From the NCBI RefSeq assembly GCF_001194135.2, contig NC_068981.1:23009934-23073933 (forward strand): a stretch of DNA of 64,000 nucleotides. The letters run 5' to 3'. The notes under the pieces are model-generated. The model was not told the DNA's origin. It saw only the letters and a program-made list of their open reading frames with translations, and made no database searches. Origin of the DNA: Octopus bimaculoides (taxonomy: Eukaryota). Each line of letters starts with the position of its first letter. Position 1 is the stretch's first letter. Positions 12,541-24,764 of this stretch are shown in pieces. A program made the position numbers and the translations under genes.

Positions 12541-12688
12541 GGTCTATTTGTGTTTTCAAATTATCAGTAAAATATCAAGATTTTTAAAATCTTAAAAATC
12601 ATTTAAAAGTTCAATTGTAATTAGATTGCTGCTGTTAGAAATTCATAGTAAAAATAAGAAACTTGGAGTAAGAATACAACAGAAAATA

Positions 12689-12992
12689 CAGAGGAACCCT
12701 GGTTTACAAATTTAATTTGCTCCTGAAGGCTGGTTGTCACTTGAAATGTTTGTAAACCAAAACTGTTTTTCTCATAGGAAATGTAAGAGAAGACATGGTG
12801 AATTTGAGCAAAAGCTAGACAGCAACTGACGTTCCCTTGCTAACTCTTCCAGCTTGTTGCCAACCACTGTTGCCAGCTTACAAGCTCATTGCTCAAAACA
12901 CTATTTGTCACCTGAGATGTTTTATGTTCAAAAGATTGTCTGTAAACCTATTTGCTTCTTATGAGAAGCATTCGTAAACTGAGGTTCCACTG
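12689..12992. mobile_element. pogo/Tigger-like MITE
   Basis: TA|cagaggaaccctggtttacaaat ... attcgtaaactgaggttccactg|TA: imperfect TIRs of about 23 bp with TA duplication. Confidence 0.8.
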
Positions 12993-12994
12993 TA

Positions 12995-13490
12995 AGTTGT
13001 TTTAGTTTTTTATTATAACAGATATTGGCTAAACAATTTTAATAAACTAAAGAAATATTCGAAAGAGTCAAGCAATATTCCAGTGAGAAACACATGTATA
13101 TGTGAGTCAACAAGGATAGTAAGTGTGCTGGACACCTACAACAGCAATAAAAAGAAGGCTAAATGGAATGGTTGATGGAAGAAAGCTGTTTTTGATCAAC
13201 GTTTACCAAACAGCATAGTATATAGAAATGTACCATTTTCACAGAAATCATTAAACAATGCAGATTTAAGTTTATGGGACACAATTAATGAAGAATAGAT
13301 GTAGTTGTATGACTATTATTACTATGGAAACCAGTACATGGTAGAAGAAGAAGGAGACTCAATTGAACATATGTTTAACAGTTGCTGGAGGACACAAACT
13401 TAGAGAGGAAATGTATTGGCGAGATGACGGAGGACAGGGAAACATGGAGACTAGTTAACAGGATATAAGTGTGTTCAACATGATATGATA
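12995..13490 (+). mobile_element. Decayed 3' end of a LINE (RTE/L2-like ORF2 C-terminus)
   Basis: Broken translation resembling G.RRRL..TY..QLLEDTNL..EE......DRETWR (gaagaaggagactcaattgaacatatgtttaacagttgctggaggacacaaac...gacagggaaacatggaga). Confidence 0.45.
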
Positions 13491-13962
13491 ATAATGAAGC
13501 TCTAGTGGTTTTTAAAGGAGACAGAAACAGTAGTTAAATTTCACTCACAGCACACTATACTGAACAAAGTAGCCCAAGGTACACCATGCTTGGAAAAAAA
13601 CAGGATGGTCATTACTAGAATGTCTTTAATCATATTTCAGTCAGAGCTGATTTGGGGGCTAAACAAAAAAAAAATTTATGAACCAATTAGGGAGCCTCTG
13701 CATACTACTTAACCTGCCAGAAATAAAACCCAAATTTCTCTCTAAACTACATCCCACCATATGAAAAAACAAAAAAAAAAGCAAGGGAAGAAACAATGGA
13801 CAAAGCAGTCCTAGATATACTACATTTGAATAAAAAAACAAAAAATCTGATGGCCACAACTGCAATGTCTTTTATCCTAAAATCATCTCAATGAAGGACC
13901 GACCCAAAGCTTGCCAGTTCCAAACTTGAAAATGAGAGACAATATATTTGCAGTCCAGTATC

Positions 13963-13994
13963 TTACTGAATGCGGCACCCACACTTCTCTTCCT
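13963..13994 (-). CDS. Candidate alternative terminal coding exon (K/E)EEKCGCRIQ*
   Basis: Minus strand cattaacatattgctttcAG|AG GAA GAG AAG TGT GGG TGC CGC ATT CAG TAA. It is in frame with the phase-1 end of exon 19358-19624, with or without the microexon. No transcript evidence. Confidence 0.3.
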
Positions 13995-14046
13995 CTGAAA
14001 GCAATATGTTAATGCTGAACTTCATTATTTTATTATAATTACTTAC

Positions 14047-14055
14047 CAACGACAG
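14047..14055 (-). CDS. Candidate 9-nt microexon (adds T-V-V after ...LTNP)
   Basis: Minus strand reads gttatttcttttattgccgtcAG|CTGTCGTTG|GTAAGT: pyrimidine tract, TGC about 10 nt upstream, CAG acceptor, G|GTAAGT donor, length 3n, no stop in phase 1. No transcript evidence. Confidence 0.4.
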
Positions 14056-14268
14056 CTGACGGCAATAAAAGAAATAACATGAATCTAGATTAAATGCATT
14101 CTTTCATTATCATAAAGAGTGAAATATTGATCAGTAAGTCTAAATACTGTGGAAGCTAGTTATAGAAAACTAGATGTTATTTAATTGCTGAATTATAGAT
14201 TACTGGAAATAAGCAATCCAATGACAATGAACTGAGAGAAATTATGATATATACAAGCAAAAAATGTA

Positions 14269-14648
14269 CTGATGTTGTTAATGGAAATTGAAAGTACAAA
14301 AGGAACTGGTGGTCTCAAAAAAGGACTAATACTACTGGTTTTAAATTTAGGGACAAAGCTATTAAATTTTAAGGGAAGAAAATGGATACTGCCCCTGATG
14401 TTGTTAATGGAAATTGAAAGTGACAAAAGGAACTGGTGGCTTCAAAAAAGGACTAATGCTACTGGTCTTAAATTTAGGGACAAAGCTATTAAATTTTAAG
14501 GGAAGAAAATGGATACTGCCCCTGATGTTGTTAATGGAAATTGAAAGTACAAAAGGAACTGGTGGCTTCAAAAAAGGACTAATACTACTGGTCTTAAATT
14601 TAGGGACAAGGCTAGTAAATTTTAAGGGAAGAAAATGGATACTGCCCC
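14269..14648. repeat. Minisatellite, three copies of a 126-bp unit
   Basis: ctgatgttgttaatggaaattgaaagt starts at 14269, 14395 and 14522; near-identical units, with a 1-nt insertion in copy 2. Confidence 0.95.
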
Positions 14649-16869
14649 AGAACCAGAGTGGTATTTTGCTTTTCATCCTTATGGAGTCGTTAAAATAAAG
14701 TTGACCTAGGCAAGATTTGAACTCAGAATACAATAGATCAAAACAAACACTGTAAAGCATTTTTTCTGATACTAACAATTCTACCAATTTGACATCTTAA
14801 TAATACTAATAATAATACTATTAAACAGTATGTAATAATTAAGACTTTTATAGTCACATTATAGGCACAAGTTGATGGTGTAGAAAGGTTGTTGTTGAGA
14901 TTCAAAAACCAACTCTTTTAGAATTTTAGCTACAAACTTTGCATAAGTACATTTCTAGACAAAGCATAAGTGCCTACATGGACACCAAATAGTTCTGACA
15001 AAAGTTTAAGAAGCTTGACTAAGAGTTACAAAAAGCTGGTAGATTGAACCCCAGGCAGAGTCATCCAAAAGTCCATACAGAGCCTTATGGTGGTGATGAT
15101 GATATTAAAATATATTTTCATTCCGGGTCGCATGTTTTTTTTTTTTAACAAATTGCACTCAGTACAGCTAAACCTTCATCAGCCAGAAAGATAAATAACA
15201 GAATTTTAAACTATCTGGACTAGATACACACATACACACACACACACGACAAAAAGTTACACGGTGTAAACGGATTGCAGAACATGCATACATAGGCAGC
15301 AGTGTGGTTAAGAAGTTTGTTTCACAGCTACATGGTTTTGGTTTCAGTCCCACTGCACAGTACCTTGAACAAGTGTCTTCTACTATAACCCTGGGCCAAC
15401 CATAGCCTTGAGTGGATTTTGTTAGAAACAGAAAGAAACAGCATGTTTTAGCAGAACAGCATATGAGCATATGAGATAGCTAAATACATGTATGTTCAAA
15501 AGCTACTCAAAAAGTACAGAATCTTAAATCTGTGATGTTTTGCACAAAATTCTGGATCTCCAGTCAATAAATGACTTGAGAATATTGTCCTTCTGGACAT
15601 TAGCCTCAGTAGAAATACAAGAAAAATACTACTTAATAGTAAATCTATACTTAATAGCCTTTCTGAGTGGATTTTTTTTTATTAGTTTTTTTTTTTTTGG
15701 CTTCGTGTCAGTTAATGACTATAAACACTATGAAGCTAAGTTTCAAAAGAATTAGCACAAAGCTAATTGGTCATCTGAAATGACCCATGATGATGCATAA
15801 TTAATGGGTGGTTTCAGATTGCACTGCATTGTTTTATATTATCCACCATTATATGTGTAGTTATTCAAAGCTAGATTTGTAAATTTCCTCTAACTAGTCT
15901 TTGATTTTCATTGAATTCAAACAAGAACCTAGTGCGTTTGCCAAGGACACAACCAATACGAACACAGTACTAATTACTGACAAACAAACCTGTTTCTTCA
16001 GATACTAACTTACAAAGTAGGAAATTAACAGTGTGGTTTAATATTGGAGCTTATAATTTATGCTATCATTTACAAAGGTAGAGCTGAGATAAAGGAAGAG
16101 TCATTTTAAACTATTTAAGAAAACACGGAAATTGTTACATTTACTTTCCATTTATATTTTAATAGTACCGCTGTGTCAAAAAGTTTTGTTGTACTTCTAC
16201 AACCTGGTCACTTACATAATTGCACTGTATCTGTTGAAAACGAGTTACTGGTGAGTTTTTATAAACGGTGAAAATGCTTCATCATCATCATCACCATGTA
16301 ACATCCATTTTCCATGCTGGCATGGGTGGGATGGTTTGACAGGAGCTGACAAGCCAGCATAAAGCTCTAGCGCCTGCTTTGGAATGGTTTCTACAGATGC
16401 TTTAGAATGGGTTCTACAGATGCCCTTCCTAATTCCAATCACTTTACTAGGCACCAGTACTACTGAAGTCACCAAGTAACTTGAAAGACAAAACCCCTTC
16501 AACTGAAGAAGATGTAGTACTGATGTAGATGGTTTTCATGCCAAGTGCTGAGAGAGAGGCAGGAACATGTGTCTTGCAGTAGAGGAGACACAGGGCTAAA
16601 CTAGATTTGTTTTTTTTTTCTCTGTTCTTTTTCCTCCTTTTGTTTTTGTTTGTTCTTTTTCTTAATTATGAAGTTTGCTTAAAAAGAACTGGACATAAAA
16701 AACAGCATGTTGACCAGCTGGCATAGCATACAAGCAACTACAATGTTGTGTATTTAGGACGTTGACCTTCAGTCTCATAATAGCTATATCAAGACGTGTC
16801 AGTTAGTCATCAATTTACATATGCGAGAGTGAATGAATGTTTATTGCACTTGGAGATTTGCAGCATGTT

Positions 16870-17070
16870 GAACAATGAAGCATTTGGAAGAGTGACAGGT
16901 TTGTGTGAAATTCTGTTTCAAATTGAGAAAATTTTTACAGAGGAATTTCTAATGTTGTAACATGTCTATGGCGGGAAAGAATGTTTGAGTTATACGCAAT
17001 GTCATGAGTGGAACCAGCATTTCAAATTACGAAGAGCATCAACTTGGACAACCTAAAATCTGAATGAAAT
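16870..17070 (+). pseudogene. Mariner transposase N-terminal (HTH) fragment
   Basis: Broken frame resembling RVCVKFCFKL.K.FTE.F.ML..VYG.....S.TQC.EW...FK (gtttgtgtgaaattctgtttcaaattgagaaaatttttacagag...gagtggaaccagcatttcaaa). Confidence 0.65.
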
Positions 17071-18720
17071 TTTAAGAGAATGGACAATGATCACTTTGCC
17101 TAAGTATGTGCGGTCATTTGTGAAAATTGTCCATAAATGTCATAAGAAGTATACATCTGGAATTATGTCCAACCTAAGCAAGCATGGAGAAGTTGATGTT
17201 AAAACAACAAGGATGATGCATCAATGTTTGGCCCAAGTTCTACAGCTGAACGCCCTTCCGAACACCAACTCCTTTATACAATGTCCTGGATATCTTTTGC
17301 CATGATACAAACACTAGAAAGGTTGTTATACCTTTGGCCAGAGTAAGGGGTCATCTTGACTCAATACTTTGCAATCATTTTACAGAGGGTACTGTGCTTT
17401 ACATACTATACATACACACACACACCAACAAATATTATCCAATGGGCTGGTGTATAATTTCCGACTAATAAATTTCCCTCATGAAGCTTTATCTGAGCCA
17501 AGGCTATGGTAGTAGAAGGTTTAAGGCATCATGCAGTGGGACTGAACCTGAACCAAGTGGTCATGAAGCACAAGCCATACTGTGGCCACTGTTTTCTAAG
17601 TATTCACATGTGATAATTATTTCAGGATGACAATCTCAATCTAGTTTTATCAGTTATTATATAGGGCAACACTGAGGACGTTTTATGTGGTCACATGGCA
17701 TGCTAGAAATAGCCACCCATATTTGTTTCAAAACATAATTTAGTGTCTTAAAACAAATGACACATTGCAAAATATACTTCTCCAGCAAGAAGACAGAATA
17801 CTTTTAATCATCGGTCTGCCAAATTAGTGTTGACCAACAACAAACATGCTAACGAGAGAGCATCTATATAGTCACTCGAGCTGCTAGAAACAGCAACCAA
17901 ATCTACTTCAAATTACATCATCTTATCTCATATAAGGGCAATTAAATAGAATAGGCCTACATACCCCACCNNNNNNNNNNNNNNNNNNNNNNNNNNNNNN
18001 NNNNNNNNNNNNNNNNNNNNNNNNNNNNNNNGGTTGAAACACATTTGATCATAGGTCTGCTGAATTATGGCCAACCAACAACACAAAATATTACAACATA
18101 TGGCATAGCATATCATTTTAAAAATATGATTGGTCAATATTTTCTAATTAAAATTTTATTTTCTAATCATCCAAAATTGTACTACTTTAGGCAAAATTGG
18201 GTGTGTTTGTATATATAAACTCTTAGATAATCAGTTATTTAATATGTGATTGTTTATTTAACCAGGTCATACAACAGATAAATATTTTATGTTATCTGTC
18301 ATTTTCTAAGTTATCTATACAATTCTTGCTGTTGATCTCCTTTGCTTGTCTCATATCTGCAATGTAACAAAAACTAGCCTTCCTCTTAAGGAGCCAGAAA
18401 ATGCTTCACCTCTCAACAGTGACTGACACCCTACAAAATGAGATCATGGATAGAATCCTATTCCTACTTATGGGTTGGAGCTGTTGTTATATATATATAT
18501 ATATATGAACAGCCTAGGCCACATGCAAAAAAGAACACCCATAACTCACTCCACCTTGAGTTTTTGCCATAGATTTGTTTACCAACAGATGCCTAACAGA
18601 TGTATTGACACATCATATCTCTCTAACACTCACCATCTCTCCCATTCATAGCATGCTGCCACTATAACTATGAATGGCACTGGACCTGTTCATATTCAAC
18701 TGCTACCAGCACTTTATATT

Positions 18721-18774
<54 letters not shown>

Positions 18775-19357
18775 GCATGCACCCCCCTACACGCACACAC
18801 ATATATATGCACATACATGCAATGGGCTTCTTCTTATTTCTATCTACCAGATCTGCTCACACAGCTTTGTTTGGCCAAGGACTATAGTAGGAGATACTTT
18901 CCCAGGCTGCTAAACAGTGGGACTGAACCAGAAACCAAATGGTTAGGAAGCAAGCTTCTTAACCATATAACTATGCCTATGTTTACCAGTATATCCACAG
19001 AAAGTAGCTAATAAAAGAAAAGTGTTCAACAGTAGAAATTAAACCAGGAATCTAATGTCTGACATGGTCCTTCAACCCATCTAGGAGGACAGTAAGAATT
19101 TGTCCAACAAATGTCAGTTTGAAATGGGGGCGCAGGCATAAAATGATGTGTGTGTCAATGTGCGATCACAGAATCAGTATGTCAGACAAAAATAAAAAAG
19201 ATATTATTGGATATCTGGATTTTTTTTTTCATCAACTACATTTTAATACTTGGGTTGACTTAGGTGCTCTGTTTTCAGGAGATCAAGCACCAGACCAAGC
19301 ACTAGGGTTGACAAAAGACCAAAAAATGAATTTAAAATGTAAACTAACTGTACTTAC

Positions 19358-19624
19358 TTGGATTGGTTAAACCTTTTCGGATAGATTCCACCCATATTTG
19401 GCAAGTTGTGCTGTCTCTACAGCGAAATGTCACTTTACGTTCGCGCCACTTATGATGACCAATTCTACGGATGTGAAACACCGAAAATACATGGGGCTTA
19501 AGGGTTTGCATTTCCACAAAAAGGGTACTCGAATCCTTTGATGAAAACCCATTGCTACTGCTGTCATATTTTTCTGTTGTTACTCCGATTACTTCATTCA
19601 GTTCAATTGTATATCGGTTCTGGG
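19358..19624 (-). CDS. CERK: Internal coding exon of a ceramide kinase-family gene (C-terminal part of the N-terminal PH domain)
   Basis: Acceptor ttttaatttcAG (AG at 19626-19625) and donor GTAAGT (19357-19352); 267 nt, phase 1 at both ends, open frame QNRYTIELNEVIGV...PHVFSVFHIRRIGHHKWRERKVTFRCRDSTTCQIWVESIRKGLTNP. This resembles, from memory, the vertebrate CERK segment VPVSEIIAV...AFTVHCVKRARRHRWKWAQVTFWCPEEQLCHLWLQTLREMLEKL. CERKL or another paralogue is not excluded. Confidence 0.82.
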
Positions 19625-19814
19625 CTGAAATTAAAAACAAACACAAATAAAAATTATAAACTTTTTAAATAAAACAACATGAAGGATGAATCAGTACAGA
19701 CAACTTATAATATTTGGCCCAACCCCTTTGCTTTATGTTCTAAATTCCATCTCATCCACCTTCAAATCAACTTCATCTATCAGTCTTACAAAACTGATGA
19801 GCTATATAGTACAA

Positions 19815-20238
19815 TCATCATCATTGGTTTAATGTCCACTTTTCTGTGCTTGCATGGGTCAGACAGAGTTTACTGAGGCAGATTTCTCCACAGCTCAGAT
19901 GTCCTTCGTGTCATTAACCTTCACCTGTCTCCAAGTTAGGGAATATTTCTCTATGGTCAGACATGTTCCAGCAGAATATAGGAAATGAATGACATCCATT
20001 TGCAACAATCACATGATATTAGAACAAGAAGACACATACATACATATACACACACTTCATACATATACAAACACTTCATACATACAATACACACACACAC
20101 ACACGTACATACATACATACACACGTACATACATACATACACACGTACATACATACATACACACGTACATACATACATACACACGTACATACATACATAC
20201 ACACGTACATACACACATACATACATACATACACACAT

Positions 20239-20269
<31 letters not shown>

Positions 20270-20500
20270 TACATACACCTACATACATACATACACACAC
20301 GTACATACACACGTACATATACACATACATACACACACATGATAGGCTTCTTTCAACTTCTGTCTATCAAATCCACTCAAGGTTTTTGGTCAGCTTGAAG
20401 CTACGGCAGAAGACAGTTGTCCAAGGTGCAACACAGTGGGACTGAACCCAAAACTATGTGGTTGGGAAGCAAACTTCTTAACCACACAGCCATGCCTGCA
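19815..20500 (-). mobile_element. SINE family E whose internal microsatellite has expanded into a (CATA)n/(CACACGTACATA)n tract (about 20030-20340)
   Basis: Tail at 19815-19870, body to 20030, head ggcttctttc...accacacagccatgcctgcac to 20500. It begins about 190 nt upstream of the CERK exon acceptor. Confidence 0.75.
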
Positions 20501-22911
20501 CCAATCAATGCATAAAAAAAAAACAAAAAAAACCTCTTGGTATTTGGCTATGGCCCTTTATATTCTATTGATATCTCTTATGCCCAGATTGCCATTGCTT
20601 TTCGATGTAATGTGTTGATAACATGAGTACCAATCAAGTAGTGGGAGTCAATATAATCAACTCTAGACTTGAAAGCAGTGCCCCACCTTGGCTACAGACC
20701 AATGGCTGAAACTAGTAAAAGAATTAAAAGCAATAAATATATAAATAAGAAATTGAACAAATATGACAAAAACTTCTACAAATGACATTTCTTATTTAAT
20801 TAATTATTTACATTCCACGCACCCCTGAATGAAAGAGGCTTATGCAAATTTTAATATTTACATTTCAATTGTTGGCTGCAGGCCACTCTTACCTACTGAT
20901 AACAAATACAAGCAAGCAATTTTCTCTTTACAAGATCGCTCGATCTGCTAGAAATAGCAGCCAAACCTCACTCAAATCATACAGATCGTCCAACTTTTGC
21001 CAGCATGGAAAAGAGACATTATATAATATGATGATAATAGTGATGATGATGATTTACTTGAACCAGGGTTGATGTGGAGCTATAAACAACCAGACATATA
21101 ATTTGAGGGAGATGCTAGTTTGAGTGGCAAGGGTATGTGTCTACATTGCCAGCTCATGATTCCCTGACTTGTTTCTAAACAGGACATGGAATCTTACATT
21201 GCTTCACATCACTTAGTTACACAGCAGCAGGTCTTGCTTTTCTTTTTAAATATATTTTTCTACTTTATCTTTTTTTTTTTTTAAAAAAAAAAAAAAGCAT
21301 TTAGTTGAATATGGAAAGGCAATGTTTGAACAATTCTGCTAGCATATCAGTATGACAATGTCTGTATTGGCGGGAAGGAATTTCAGAGGATTACAATTCT
21401 AGGGAGAAAGGACTGCATGTAATGTTTAGAGTGGGACCTGGGAGAAGAAGAGAGAGATATCAAGAGGTTGATAGGTGGTAGAAGAGGGACTCGGTAGAGA
21501 AAATATGCAACTAATTGGTTCAGAAAAACAGAGGATATTGTAGTTAAAAACAGAAGAGACCGTTAGAAGAAACAGCGAGTCTACGAGTTAAGTTGTGATG
21601 GACTGGTTCATTAAGCCTTTGTCAAGCTGATAAATATCCTTTTTATTGCAATTTCGAAAATTTATGCCACCAGTAGCTACACCATTTCCAGCAGTGTAAG
21701 CAACAACCCAATATCTGACAAAATTAGCTAACACAAGACAGGTTTATCTCCTCAACTTCACATGGGTCCTTGTAATACACAAGCACAAAATTATCTTCAG
21801 TCTATAGTAGATTAATTGAGCCTAGCCATAACAGGGATCAATGAGCCTAGCCATAGCAGGGTTTGAATTATTGACTTTGATTCCCTTTGAGTTTAAACTA
21901 CACAAATCATTCGTTTGTGTCGTTTAACATGTTTTAACATGATTTCCATGTGACTGAGGGTTAGACAGTAGGTAATTGTGGCATATTTTTATGGTCAGAT
22001 ACTTTTCTTGTCATCAACTCTTACCTGCTTTTCAAGGAAGGAACTTTTTTTTTATTCTAAGGTAATTCAAAAGCACAGAGCTAGTAAACAATTCGTTGAC
22101 AGAAAATGTCAATGAATGTCATTGCTTGCCACCCAGATACAACAGGGATGCTATAACCCAACATAGCTTTGGTAAACATTCAGACACACACACACACAAA
22201 CAGATGCCCATTCATACACACACACACATACACACAACTAGTTTCTTTCAGTTTCCATCTACCAAATTACCTCACAAGGTACTGATTAGCCAGGGGACTA
22301 TAGCAGAAGGGTCTTGCCCAAGGTGCCATGCAGTAGGACTGCAGCTGTACCCAAGATATGAAAATGTGTAAGAAATTGATCTAGTCTGAAGAAATTTAAA
22401 CAATGACATTGTGAAGATTCAACTGCTTGAGTCTTGACTTCATAACCATAGGTCAGATTTTGGTCCAGCCATTGTGCTCTGACCCTGGCCTTGTTGAAAT
22501 GTCATGTGTGCATTACTCTAAGATACTAAACTGACAACAAGTGCTACTCTTATTTTACAACTGTGTGATTGGAGCCAAGACAGACATCAAACAATAAAAT
22601 AGTTAAATCAAAAAAAAAGGAATAGAAATTGCAAATGCATGAGGAATACACTGAATGAAGTATAGTAGCGATGATGATGATGAAATATTTGGCTGCCTGG
22701 CTGATTCTATGATTTAGTGAAATATCAAATGAGATGTTTCTGTGAACATCTTCATTTTAAACACAGAGTAACCCATCACACAACACCAACACAGATGCCG
22801 GATGTTGGCAGATATCAGTGCTTGCGACACACGTCCTGAGGTTAGAGTCTGCCTGTGCAAGCTGCTTATCTTAGTCTATCTAGCTGTAAAAGTGGGAATT
22901 ATTTTCACGGT

Positions 22912-22943
<32 letters not shown>

Positions 22944-24764
22944 GACTAGTGGCAGGAAATGCCTGCTGCAACAATTCAAAGAAATTTAGATAGACATTCA
23001 TATATTTTCACTGTAGGAAGAGGAGGAGATGCAAACCAGGAAAATTTTGGGAAAAAATAAAAATAAATAAAAGAAACACTTATCTAAACATGTTATTACA
23101 ACAAAAGGCACAAACATAAACTACTCTGAAAGAACAGAGGAATTATTCAGGGAAAATGTTCTTAGTCTCCTCTCCAAAACAACACATTCACACACACATG
23201 GAAGACATTAAAGAAAAACATAAGTCAGCTCTCCGGATATGGGTCCGCACAGCAGAGATAATGTAAGTTTGAGACAAATGGTGATTAGCTGTACAGCAGA
23301 TGTTCCCAACTCACCATGCCAACAGAGAAAAACAAACATAAAAAAATTACTGATGATTATTACTGATCATCATCATCACCATCATTTGAATGTATTTCTT
23401 AGTTATTTAATATATTGTTTAATTTACATAATTTTGAAATATAAAATAGAATAGGTGCAAGCATGGCTGTATGATTAACAAGTTTGCTTCCCGACCATAT
23501 GGTTGTGGGCTCATGGCACTTTGGCCAAAGGCCAGAGCCTTGTGGGTGGATTTGGTAGACAGAAATTGAGAGAACTCAGTCGAATATATATTGTATGTAT
23601 CTATGTGTATGTATGGAGTGAGTATTTGTGCTTGTGTCTCCTTTCTTAGCATCATATAACAATTGTAAATGAGAGTCAGTGTCATACAAGCAGTGTGGTT
23701 CATTTTCAATATTCTGTGAAAACATGTTTGACCATGCCGGCATTTGGCTGTAGAAAACCTGCCTCAATAAGCACCATCTGACTCATGCAAGTAATGGATG
23801 GTTTGACCAGGGACGATAAGTTAACTCCAGTCTGATTTGGAATGGTTTCTACGGCTGGATGCCCTTCCTAATGCCAACCACTCCAAGAGTGTATTGGGTG
23901 TTTTTACATGCCTCTAGCATGGGTGCCAGTTACATGACACCAGAATCTGCCATGACTATGGTTTCACTTGGCTTCATGGGTCTTATTCTCAAGCACATAA
24001 TGCCAAAGGTCTTGGTCATTTATCGTTGCTTCCATGAGGGTCTTGGTTATTTGTCATTGAAAACACACATTTCTTAAAAAACAAAAGCTAAACCCCTTCT
24101 GAATGGTCTCCAATGGAGATATGTAATAAAAAACAATATGAAATTCACCTCCTTGAGAAGTTACATCTGATTAAGCCAACACTTTAAACAGAGCAGCTTT
24201 GCTAGGATAATGAAAAGTAATCTAACATACTTATAAAATTATTAATCAGATAAATAACTGATAAATCTATCATATCCTCCAATAAGGTTTCAAGTCACAT
24301 CTGATTCTTTTTTCAATTATTACATATTTTACCTATATCCATATTGTTTATATTTAAGATATACAGATGAAAGCTTTGAACAATCCTCATCACCATTTAA
24401 CTGCTATCTTCTATGCTGACATAGGTTGGATGGTTTGAATAGATCTGATGAATGAGAGGACTGCATCATGTTCCGATTTCTACTTTGGCATGGTTTCTAT
24501 GGTTAGATGCCCTCCTTACTGTCAACCATTTTACAAAGTGTACTGGCTACTTTTTCCATGGCAACAGTACTAGTGATGTCACAATGTAACTCACAAGACT
24601 AAGTCACCCCTCGACAGAGTAGGACTACAGTAGAGAGGTGGGCAGCTTTATGCTAGGAAAGGAGAGGTTAAAGTATTATAAAAGGAGCTGGAAAGGATTT
24701 CTTGCAGTAGAAGAGATACATGGTGACTTTATATTATGTTTTTATTATTATTATTATTACTATT

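Noticed and set aside
13967-13994. Reading the CGCRI segment as a 28-nt internal cassette exon using CA|GTAAGA
   Set aside because: 28 nt is not 3n and no alternative AG restores frame; it would be a poison exon. The GTAAG is equally explained by the CAG-TAA codons.
14272-14787. Overlapping ORFs on both strands in the 126-bp repeat as a repeat protein
   Set aside because: No splice context or homology; a frameshift in copy 2; open frames are expected from a short stop-poor unit.
16214-16235. Second microexon-like pattern on the minus strand (ttttcaacAG|ATACAGTGCAATTAT|GTAAGT, 15 nt, in frame)
   Set aside because: Weak exon-side donor context (AT|GT), no upstream TGC, and it abuts a SINE tail. 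It shows such patterns arise by chance, which is why the 14047 candidate is not rated higher.
19957-20398. Long His/Thr/Tyr or Val/Cys/Met ORFs
   Set aside because: Translations of (CATA)n/(CA)n microsatellite inside a SINE.
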